This document shows positions 11,601-23,600 of a DNA stretch of 64,000 nt, piece after piece (positions within the stretch are counted from its first letter, which is position 1; every line of letters starts with the position of its first letter). Origin of the DNA: Antedon mediterranea (taxonomy: Eukaryota; Animalia; Echinodermata). Under the pieces are notes generated by a model that was given only the letters and a program-made list of their open reading frames with translations, was not told the origin of the DNA and searched no databases. The DNA is taken from assembly GCF_964355755.1 (NCBI RefSeq), contig NC_092677.1, forward strand, positions 19,304,101 through 19,368,100, in the 5' to 3' direction. Both the position numbers and the translations under genes were made by a program.

Positions 11601-14600
11601 TTCTCATATAGGGAGTATTCGCACAAGCATGTTAACGCTATTTTCCATGCTCCGCCCACTTTGTAAACAACTTGCTGTGCATGCGCAAGCATTACGAAAA
11701 ACTTTAGTTACGTGCGTCGAGAACCTTATTTTTAAAAAATAGCGTAAATGAAAACGTTAACCAAAACATGATTAAACATGCCTGGCTAGGCTTAGTCTCT
11801 ATTAAAACCCATGATTTGTTTTAATACGTGTGGCGTATGTTGCGTGCGCTACACATGCGTTGCGTTCTACACTTCCCGTCGAAGCGCGAAATCAAAACGA
11901 GCAAGTACGTTAACGCAAATGTTCACTGAACTCTGTTGTTATGCAAATGAGTAGAATGGTGACATCCGATAACGTTCATGTGCTCGTGCGAAATTTCCTA
12001 ATAATTCGTAGCCTAAACAATAAATTGTTTGTCAACTTGTAAACCATTGTTTCATCCCTTCGCTTTATTAAAAATTTACAGAATCGTCCCACATATTAAA
12101 TTGTTATTTTAAAGAATTCTTACAGACATAGTTTTACCTTATTTTTTACCTTATGAGTGAGTGAGTGGCCGAGCGGTTAAGACAGTGGAACCGTAATTAA
12201 GTAGCCATAACATCGGCAAGGGTTCGAGGCTCACTCGCTCCATGGTTCTGGTGGTAGAACGAGACTTCTCGGATAAGGACTATAAACCGTAGGTCCAGTG
12301 TACACATAGCTCATGCGCACTTTAAAGAACCTAGTACATCTTTCAAGACGAGTAGGGGGTTACTCCGGTGTACTAGTCCACACAAACACAGCCACTGTCA
12401 CACACAGCCACTGTGCAAATTGGGACTGGGCCGTTTTAGAGGTGTTTACCACCTGTTGGTCCAGATCCTTCACTAACTGAGTTAGTGAGAAGTCGAATAA
12501 ATAAATAAAAAACCTTCATTGCTACCTTAATCACTCGAGCAACTGCACATGGAAACCATCTTTCCCAGCAAATCAATGTATTGCTTCTTGCGCTTTATGG
12601 TTATATCTGTGTTATCAAGTTCAAGAGAAGTACACATTTCTTGCAACATTGGCAAAGAGAATCTGGAGAGTTTTTCTTGAGCTTTCAGTTCACAAATATT
12701 ATGCTTTCAAACATTATTGGATGCTGCAAGCCTATTGTGTCCAGTACGGTTTGCGACAAAAGTTGAATTTCTCTTTCCTTTTCCGTTTTTGAATCGTCTC
12801 CATTTTCTTCGACTTCGTCACCATCTTCATTACTATCGTAATCATCATCTTCGTCATCATCATCATCATCATGAACGGCTGCATCTGTCCTCCTTTTTTT
12901 AGCCAAGTGTGAGAAAAAACTTGCAATCTGCTGTTAAAAAATCAGTCTTGCTACTAAATAGATGTGAACCATCGCTGTGCCTGGCCGATCTCATCTCTCG
13001 TGAGACATCACATGGATCAGCTTTCTGTCCCGTCTGCTCTCCAGCGTCAAAAACATCAATAAGGTAGGTTTTCTGTGGTACAGAAAATCGGGTTTTTTTT
13101 GCAGAGGACTTTAACGCCCAGCCCATTTGCAGTTTGGGGCCAATGTCAAACCGTGGCAAATCGTTGGTTCTTGTTGGTTCTGGATTTTTAGAAGTACCCT
13201 CTTCTAGTTGTGTTGATTAATTTCATTGCCCTGTCATAAAGTGTTTCATGTTCTAGTGCGTTCTTGTGATTTTCATAATCTAAGTGTTTCTCTAGGTAAG
13301 AGTACCTCTGATATGACCTAATGCAACCTTGTTCGCGACAAAAGAACAGTTTGCTGAGGGTGCCAGGACTTTCTTCTCTTTCTATTTGTTCGTCGTCATT
13401 TATATCAGCTTGTTCTTCATGAGATGTCTTGGCTTGTATTCTTGCTTTTACTGCAATAGATGATACTTGATTTATTTTAATCAGACGTTGTATCTTGGTT
13501 ATGAATTAAATTGGGTAGCTTCGAAGGCACACAGAATTTACTCAAAAGTAGATTTTGTCCTGCACCAACACCATACGCCATCCACACCTTCATGGACCTG
13601 CTTCCATACTCTATGTTGTTGATTTGACTCACGCCTTTATTTCTATTTCCCTGCTGCACAAATAGTACCACTCACTATCGATGCCCGTAAACCTAAACAT
13701 GTATCTGTGTGCAGCGATTTCCTTCTGGCATGCTTGTAAAGGTAGGACTTCAGTGCTCTGTTTGCGGTCTTTTCTATCAAATCCACGTCACAAGCTCCGC
13801 CGACAACCGATTTAAAAGAACATGAAATCTCCATTTTGTTTGAACTTAAAGCCATCAGACAATAATTATATATAAGAATTATTTTCAACACGTCTTTACA
13901 TTGTAAGACATAAACTAAAATGGATAACAAATCTGTTCCGTTGTCAACGTCAATGAAGATCGTTATCTATCGAATATACGCAGTAAAGTGTTTTGTCTAC
14001 TGTGGCTAATGTTTTGAAACATTCTCGTTGAGTAAGTTCGACCAGGTTCGACAAACAGGAAAACGATAACAAGTTAAAAACAATTTATTTTTCAGTTTTA
14101 TCCTATAAACTACGAGAGGATGGAATAATTTATAATAATGTGGTTTGACAAAGAATAAGCGAGTGATTTTTAGTTAATTGCTTAATTTCGTATATTGGTT
14201 AGTAATTGAAATGTTACCAGAAACGTATTTTTAGTTTGTGTTTAAATTGCAACTTATTTCAAAATTTATCTTTCAGTTTGTTTCTCGTAATAAAAGTTTG
14301 GCTTAATTCGACTTAGATTGCTAAATAGAGAACAATAGGTACATCTGATTGATCTTGCCGACAGATAAAATCTTTGAATTTCTTATAACTTTGTGGCTCT
14401 GGCGCGGAGCGCAAAATAGTTTCCCCAATTTTTTTTTACTTGATTCATAAATATTAGTATCTAAACTTTAGATTGATGACTTTTTTATTTTACAAAAATT
14501 CGTCGCACATGAAAAAAAAAACGTTTGTTTTTACCCTACTTTTTAAGAGTTTTATATATGCTAATTAGTAATTAATTAGTCAAAATCTTAAAATTTCATC

Positions 14601-17600
14601 AAATTTTTTTAAACTTTACTAAATTATTGTCAAGATGCTAGTTAACGTAACTGTAAAATATTAAAATGCTAGGTTGCTACGTTTGGCTTCCAGAGGCTGT
14701 TAAACTTAATGTAAATTATACACCAAAAATTAACAAAATTGGCCGAAAATCGTTATTTTTCGATTTTCTCGAAAACTAAGCGATATTTTACCAAACAGTC
14801 TACACATCAGGTTTACTTACATCAAGGTCTACCAATGTGCAAAATATGAGCCAATTCGAAATTTTGACCCTTGCCACCTAATGTTTGATTTTTAGTGACT
14901 GGCTCTCTTAAATTTGTAACTTAAAAACTGGTAATATCTGAGTTAATGTTATGTAGATTATTCATTGTACTGAATGTGATAGCACCATCACTCTTGATAA
15001 ACAGTCTTTTTGCATGATTACATGGTCAAGAGATATAATCTGTAAAGGTTATGATACCCCAACACGTAATACATTATTCTTTATATAACACACCTAAGTA
15101 GATCATTGCCATTTAATTGCAGGATTGTGGGTGCGGATATTCAATAAATATCCTAGCTAGTGTAGTAATTCATTTATCAATGTTCATCACCTTACAAGAT
15201 AGGTTTTTATTTATTTCACAAGCATCCAACAGTGAGTACAAACTCGCCAATCACAGGATGGATAAGTTATTTAAGTTATAATCCATCTCAGACCTGTCAA
15301 CCATGAGAAATTTGGAAGATTGAGCTTTTGAGTGCCAAAGGCACAAACTCTGTCTCGGACCAGAGGGACGCCAAAGACCCCTCCCTGTGGAAGCTTTCGC
15401 TTCAATGGTGTCACATATGTTCTGTTAATATGCTAATTATATTTGTTTGTTATTTGCTAATTATGCAAACTATGTTACGCTCGGTGAATTAATAAAACAG
15501 TTGAATTAAAAGAACCGTGTTGAAGAGTCGCACTTGTAATAATTACACTTGTAAAAGTTGTTGATCATGATGCCCAACCCCTTGAACAGTTGAAATATAG
15601 GGTGCATAGTCTAGACGAAATATTGCCCATGAGTAAAGCAAGAATTGAAAAAGCAATACGAGCTACACAGGCAGATCTAACATGCAAAAACGGGTGGCCT
15701 AAACATAGATGGAGTGCACTGGAGAAAGTTAGGCAGTATTGGCATCTTCGTGATGAGATACATGAAATTGATGGTCTTGTGTTTTTAGGTGAGAAGTTGA
15801 TTGTTCCTACCAAATGAGAGCAGATATGCTGAATAAAATTCATGAAAGTCACTATGAGATGGAGAAGTGTAAGGCGAGGGCCAGGTCTATTATGTATTGG
15901 CCAGGTATGACCAACGATATAGAATCAGCAGTGTCAAGATGCCCTGTTTGTGTAAAGTTCATGCGTAGAAATCAACGGTAGCCGATGATTCCACATAAAG
16001 TTCCTATGAGATCATGGGCTAAGCTGGGCGCGGATATATTTACATTCGCTGGCAGAGATCATCTTATTGTAGTTGACTATTTTTCCAAATACCCTGAAGT
16101 AGTTACACTCACTAGCAAAACGGCTGGAGCGATCATCAAAAAATTGAAATCCATATTCTCAAGACATGGCATCCCTGAAACATTAATGACTCATAACATG
16201 CCGTTTGCTAGCTACGAGTTCAAATAGTTTGCTAACCAGTGGGGGTTCGCTTTAGTGACGTCCAGTCCGACATATGCCAGAAGTAATGGGCAAGTTGAAC
16301 GTTTCGTCCAAACCATTAAGCAACTCAATGATCAGGGAAGTGATTTTTATCTTGCTCTACTAGACTATCGTGATACACCAATTGCAGGGTTGAATTGTTC
16401 TCCTGCTCAGTTGTTGATGAGCAGAAAGTTAAGGTCAACACTTCCAGTCACACATACATTGCTGCAACTACAAGTTAGAGCTAGAGATTACCTTCAGTCA
16501 TGACAAAATATTATGATCGTGGTACACGTGTATTGACAAAATTAAGAAAAGGGGACAATGTGAGAATATTGAAAGGACGGCAATGGGAACCTGCTGTTGT
16601 GGCTAAGGAACATGAGCTACCCCGTTCATATGTTTGATGACCGAAGATGGAACGTCGTACAGACGGAATCGACAACATTTATTAAACACTCAACAACCGG
16701 ATACTTTGCAGAAGGGTGTACCAACTTTGCAGAAGGTACCAGATGTGATCGTGTTAGTCGTCCACCGGATCGATTGGATTATAAATAAATGTATCAATAG
16801 TTAACTTCATTTTATGTTTATTTTGCAGATATCATGTTTATTTTTCAAACCATCCTAATAATAATGTATGAACATATGAATGTGATCTAATAATAATGTA
16901 TGAACATATGAATGTGATCTAAGAAACAATTTATGTTTTAAGAAAAGTATTATTATTTATTATGAGAAATGTGATATATTGTGTCTAATTTACTTTTGAT
17001 ATTGATTTTAAAAAAAAGAAGAAAACTTTAGAAATTTATTTTGTTAGAAAAGGGAAGATGTCACATACAGTATGTTCTGTTAATATGCTAATTATATTTG
17101 TTTGTTATTTGCTAATTATGCAAACTACGTTACGCTCGGTGAATTAATAAAACAGTTGAATTAAAAGAACCATCTTGACGAGTCGCACTTGTAATAAATG
17201 GCATCTAATCAATAATAATCAGTTTAAGTAGCTTAAACAATTTCCTTAGTAAATAGAAAATGTGGCATAATATAAACAGTAACATTCAAAATGGCACTGG
17301 ATCAGAACATTTTTGGAGAGTGATAATGTACTAATTTAGACCGAAAAAGCACATAAATTAACTTTAGCTTGTTTCTATAATTTTAATTAATTGTAATGGG
17401 AACAACTATACAAGACATGTATATCAGTTTTAGGCTAGATAAACATGCTGTTGACATAATTCACAGTAGGTGTATTACAAAAAAGTAATGAATGTTTTAT
17501 ATTCATACAATGGGGCAAATAATTTCATTTCGATCATCTTTCACCTCATGAAATTATTTGCCCTATTGCACAAAAACATTCATTATTTGTATAATCAACC

Positions 17601-20600
17601 GTACACGGTAGAAGTAATTCTTCCTGGTTTCAACTAAGTTGACCGTTTGTGGCGATAGCCATTTTAGTTTTTACTCGGGGTACCCGAGTCGAGGACTTAC
17701 TCATTTTCTCCTCCTCCATCTGGACACTATTGAGTAAAAAGTGCGATTTTTAAAGTACTACTCCTCCATTATTAGTTGTAGTATTGAGCTGGGATTTGGC
17801 ATGAATATACTACAGGGACATGTCCTCAAAGCTATAGAGCCGGATTTTTAATTTTTTGTTAATTAATTTGTTTAATTAAGAAGCCACAATGTGTGACACA
17901 CACCACAGCGTTATGTAGTTATATGGTTATATGCGGCTTCTTGGCGTAGTGGTTATCACGTTTGCTTAACACGCAGAAGGTACCTGGTTCGAGCCCGGAC
18001 GAAACCTTTTTTTTTAAACTTTATGGTGAAAAGTACTGTATACGCAATATGATAATTATACACAGTATATCTTATTTTTATTATTTTTTTAAATACTTAT
18101 TTTGTGTAATCGGTAATTATCACTTTTACACATGTTTATTTTTCTTTGTGCTTATTACCATATTTATTTGTAATTTAAATGGATTAAAAAACTTTCTGTA
18201 ACCCACATTTTTAGTGTAAGTGGGTTTCGTAGTGTAGTGATTGTCAAGTCTGCTTAACACGCAGAAGGTCCCGGTTAGAGCCCTGGCGAAACCTATTTTT
18301 CTTTAACTTTAACTGTATACGTCTGTATACAGCTTCTTTCTCTGTACCCCGAGTATTGCACATTCGTGCTTTTTTGTTAATTAATTTGTTTAATTAGGAA
18401 GCCACAATGTGTGACACACACCACAGCGCTATGTAGTTATATGCGGCTTGTTGGCGTAGTGGTTATCACGTTTACTTAAAAACACGCAGAAGGTACCTGG
18501 TTCGAGCCCGGGCGAAACCTTTTTTTTTTAACTTTATGGTGAAAAGTAGTGTATAAGATAAGATAAGATAACTTTTATTGATCCTCAAAAAGGAAATTCA
18601 TTGCTCATCATAATAACAAAGAACACACAATAAAAACAAATATAGCATAAAACCATTCTTATAAAAACATCTAAAAAATTACAAGATACAATTATCTTCT
18701 TGACTTCCTGTTGTACTAGATGATACCGGAGGGAATAAAGGATTTAGCAAATCGATTTGTTTTCACACTGAGGAGCCTCAATCTACCACTTGGATTAAGT
18801 TGGTCTATGATTACTTTGTGGAGAGGATGAGAGGCATCCGACTCAATGCGTTCGAAATCTTTCTGGAGGTGTTCTAGGTGCACATCGGTAAAGGAAGGCA
18901 GTTCCAGACCAATCATTTTACCAGCCCGACGGATGAAAGTTTCAAGGCGTCCCTTACACAATATGATAATTATACACAGTATATCTTATTTTTATTATTT
19001 TTTTAAATATTTATTTTGTGTAATCGGTAAATACTCCTCCCTTTCGTTGTAGTATTGAGCTCGGATTTAGCATGAATATACTACAGGGACATGTCCTCAA
19101 AGCTATAGAGCCGGATTTTTTAATTTCATACCGGATGCAGCCATATCACGTCTCGAAGATGGTACCGTATAGCCGTATTTGGTAGCGCGGTTATTGATGT
19201 GTATGTTACGTTACATCCGGTCTTTACGTCATTACAGCTTCTTTCGCTGTACCCCGAGTATTGCACATTCGTGCTTGTTTGTTTATTTTCGGACCGCGCG
19301 TGTGAAGGTACAGTAGTTAGCAAAATAAAAATTATACTGCAAATTAATAAAGATCAAATTAAATATATTCATAAAGTATATTGTGAGGAATAGTATATAA
19401 AATTACATCGGGAGAACTGATAAGAGCTTTTGTTTGAAATCGAGAGAAGCAGAGTTGTTGAGTAAGCTGGCAGGAATAACTGTGGGCTATCTGTGTCCCA
19501 TTAGGACCATGGGATACGTCGGTCTATAATGTCTTCCTTCTTAGGCCGAAACGGCCTACTTTGTTGCGGAAATTAGATGATTAAACTAAATAATGTATTA
19601 ATTATACCAATTAGGATGGTATTTATTTGAATAAACGCCCAACACCTCCCCAATAAAACATCAATTAAAATAATAATAATAAACCATCTAATAAACACCC
19701 ATCCACATTTTTACACACAATTTTGTATTATATTTATAACACAATTATACTATTTGTAGTAGAATTCATCGGACTGTTAGCTAAAATTTACCAAGCATTT
19801 GATTTCGAATATCAAGCATTTCAATACTGGTAACCGACCGAAACTGTCCCAGCAAGAACGTCCTTCTAAAACATTTTTACCAGAGTCATTATCATTCCAA
19901 GAACCATCATCTACACTTCCTAGAGAGGAAGTCTAGTTTGCATAATGAATGTTATAATAAGATTTTAGCATTATATAATTCTTGTTTTATTTATGTGTTT
20001 AATTGTATAGTAGATTTTTAGCTTAAATCTTTTATATGTGGTTTTATTTAATCATCTTTATTATTATTACACATGTGCTTTAAAGGTATTAATGTAAATT
20101 TAAAGATACTAGATGGCACGCTCGCTTCGCTCGCGTACCATCTAGGGGTGCTCACAGATGGTTCTCGAATACAGTAGAATCCACGGACGGGGACTTTTTT
20201 GGGACACTAAACAAAAACGGAAGTGTCCCCCTAATTGGGGTATTCAGAAATAGAGACAACAAAACCAATACTGGATTCCATAAAGGACAATTAATTTATG
20301 TGGATTAAAGAAATTAGGGAGAAATGGAAATGTATGTACGGGAATTGGGCGGCGGCACGTGGTGGTGGTGATGGAACCGCAGTAATAAAGTTGATTGTAT
20401 TTATATTATAAGAACCAAACTAAATAAATAGACCTAGACATTCTGCGAAATGGAAATCGGAAATTCAAGCTCCTATTCAGTGAAAAATTAAACTGTAGTC
20501 TACCTAAATATTTAGGGCAAATCATCGGTTGTGGTGTTGAACTTCCTGTAAACATTTGTGTGAACCAAACTGGGTCGAATTTCTGTCATGAGTACTGATT

Positions 20601-23600
20601 TGTTGGCCTGTGATTTATGACGCCCAAGGGATCTATCTAGACTTATTTTTTAGAATAATGTACGTACCTGTCAGATACAATTGTCTTGTGTCGTATAATA
20701 AATAAGTACTGTAATAGTTACTGAAGTTACTATTACAATCTCGTCAATGAAAACACGAAAATGTATATGCACTTACTTATGAAAACGTATACAGTATTAT
20801 ACTCAGTTATTGAAACAGTAGGTTTAAAAAAGTTTCGTTTGTCTGTAAAATGATGTAATCAAGCTGTTTACATGAGTCTTAATTTATAAGCACATCAATA
20901 ATAAAATAGTTTATCTATCCTGTAATTGGCGAGATTATGGTCGCTGTTGAATGAAATAAAGCCAATCGGTATCATATTTGTACAGAAACGTTTTCGCGGC
21001 CGAAGGGTGTAACCTAAATTCGTTGTATTATCGTCAAGAACTAACTGTAACTAAACTTACATAGAAAGTAAGGTATCATAAATTTGGCCTTAGCACTCGG
21101 GGGAGTGGCTAAGATGAAGTCCGTGGGACTACTAAATATAAATTGTAATGAACCTCGAGGGACATAAATAGGAATATTTCATGTTTCATTATCAATGTAT
21201 AATAAATAAAAACTGTTTACCGATTCAAATAATAGAAATTGGTTTTTAACATTTTCCGAACCTATTGCAAGTTTATTCTCAAAGGGCCCATATATTTACC
21301 TACCGTATGTGTTAAACCAAGGGCTCATAAATTTACCTACAGTACTTGTGTTAAACCAAACTGGATGTTCCATTCATCGCAAATCAATACATTTGTATAA
21401 TCGTATATTAAATCTATCAAAATAGTATTTTTTAAAGAAAATCGGCCTGTCTTCAACATTATGATGGTGTACTCTAGCAATCTATCAAAATAGTATTTTT
21501 TAAAGAAAATCGGCCTGTCTTCAACATTATGATGGTGTACTCTAGCTGTTCAACCGGTTTTCAGCTATTAAAAACAATTATCGTAGGAGGAGATAGGAAA
21601 ATGCGAAGCCTCCTCGCTATGTAACATTAGGGTTGAGGGATGGGAAAGCGGATAGGTACAAAGAGGAACAATTTTTAAATATATTCTTTATCCACTGAGT
21701 AACGAAATATTTTGTTCATGTTTTATAGGCCTATAAATAATATACCTCTAAATACAGTAGGCCTAAAACATTTGCGATTTAATACTTTGTTAAAACTGTC
21801 ACTGTCATAATCGATTGAAATATTAAAGTACATGTCACGATACACCACTACGACGTTTATATTTTTGGTAATTATTAATTAATACAAACGTTGAGAAGGA
21901 ACTGTCAGTATAAAGTTTATTTGTATATCTAACAGTAGAGCCTATCCACAGTCTCAGTAATAAAGTTTATTTGTATATATTTTTATATTACATCTAACAG
22001 TACGAACATTCACAGTAAGAAATGTTCGATTCAAATGAAAAATAGTTAATAGGTATTTACAGTATTGTCAAAGTATTGCAAGTTTATTCTCAAAGGGCCC
22101 ATATATTTACCTACCGTATGTGTTAAACCAAGGGCTCATAAATTTACCTGCAGTACTTGTGTTAAACCGAACTCTGGCAGACTGAGAGATTGGGATGTTC
22201 CATTCATCGCAAATCAATACATTTGTATAATCGTATATTAAATCTATCAAAATAGTATTTTTTAAAGAAAATCGGCCTGTCTTCAACATTATGATGGTGT
22301 ACTCTAGCTGTTCAACCGGTTTTCAGCTATTAAAAACAATTATCGTAGGAGGAGATAGAAAAATGCGAAGCCTCCTCGCATTTTTTTGGCGGGTATTTTT
22401 CAAGATGGACATCCATTAGACAGTGTATACCACGATCGGAAAACACCCCTATTTGGGGCAAATCTTTGAACCTAAATTCGTTTTAATCGTCAATAACTAA
22501 TTATCTAACTCAATTTAATTAGTAAACAGGGTTACATCAGGCGGTTAAAATCAGTACCGAAAGTACGAACCAACTTTACATACCATCGAGTGAAAATTCT
22601 AGAAGTAAGGCGCGATTTACCGAATTTTGCCCTTACGTAAATTTATATATAGATTCTATTGATTTCAATGGTGATACATTTGGGAACAAGTACATTCTCT
22701 TAGGTCAACTGATGTAACCTTTGACCTTCTTGAACAAAGTTACTAACAAGAATTTTTTTCCTTTTTTTTCAAATTTAAATAATGGTATCCATTATATATA
22801 ATGTACATAATTATGATCTATATAGGCCACATTGCTTAAATAACTAAATAAAAAAATAAAAAAATCTTTGAACTGATTGAATGACTTTTAGATGCTTAAA
22901 ATGAGTCTTTTTTTAATTTATTTTCTTATTCTAAAAATCCCTTTATTGTACCAAATTGAATTAATTTGTTTGTTCTGCTATCTATTTTACCAAGAAAACC
23001 AGCATAAACAGCATAAACAAAGAATAATTAATTAAAAAATGCTTTCTTGTATAAAAATGCTTTAAATTTAGTAACTTACACAACAGGTGGCGCTTGCGAG
23101 TCCCATTCTTCTTTTTTTGATCTCTCCACATTCCTAAGTCGCAATATCTCATTGTAGCTGAGCTGTCCCAGGCGAGTCCTGAACTTGATCATAGAAAACT
23201 GTTTTTCATTCAGGGCACGTTCAATCTGTTCCTTTACAACATCCATTACCTCAACAAATTTATAATTATCCATAATTAATTACATTAAATAACACACCTA
23301 AATGGACTCCTGTCATTTGATTGGAAAATTGTGGGTCACATGGTCTGCATTTTTTCGGGTACAAAATAAAAACAGCTTCTTGCGTATGAAATGACCAATT
23401 ACTGTGAAAAACCTTAGACAAATTCAACAGCACCACATGGTTTTGTTTTGCAATAACATACACAAGTGGTACTAGATTTTACCAAAAAAGCACTTAAATT
23501 GGTTTCAGATCATTTGTATGATTTCAAAAAATTAATGAAAACAATTATACAAGATGTGGAGTCAGAAACAGACTTAGTCTAGATCAGTTTCAGTTGCCTC

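Larger units (their letters stand above)
10598..14907 (-). mobile_element. Sola3-type DNA transposon, internally deleted and decayed
   Basis: TTAA duplicated at 10594-10597 and 14908-14911; termini GAG...CTC; TIRs of about 590 bp (10598-11190 vs about 14323-14907). Minus-strand coding remnants at about 12700-13900 include a C2H2-like [28 protein letters not shown] and GWALK..RFS..QK.YL...F..GE.TG.KADP. Long TIRs, GAG/CTC ends and a TTAA target are the described Sola3 hallmarks. Confidence 0.8.
17672..19274 (+). mobile_element. Composite Helentron-associated non-autonomous element (HINE/DINE-1-like) carrying tRNA-Val-like copies
   Basis: 5' subTIR tactcggggtac (17672-17683) inside the hairpin actcggg-gta-cccgagt. 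Exact inverted 3' subTIR gtaccccgagta at 18344-18355 and 19249-19260, each followed by the stem-loop gcac-attc-gtgc and T residues. T-rich insertion site; internal segments duplicated. Confidence 0.72.

Noticed and set aside
12685-12926. Poly-Asp, poly-His and poly-Met ORFs as independent genes
   Set aside because: Three readings of one (TCA)n tract at the acidic C-terminus of the decayed transposase.
19542-19558. Perfect hairpin taggccg-aaa-cggccta as part of a ribozyme or terminator
   Set aside because: No upstream CUGANGA core, and intrinsic terminators are irrelevant in this eukaryotic context.
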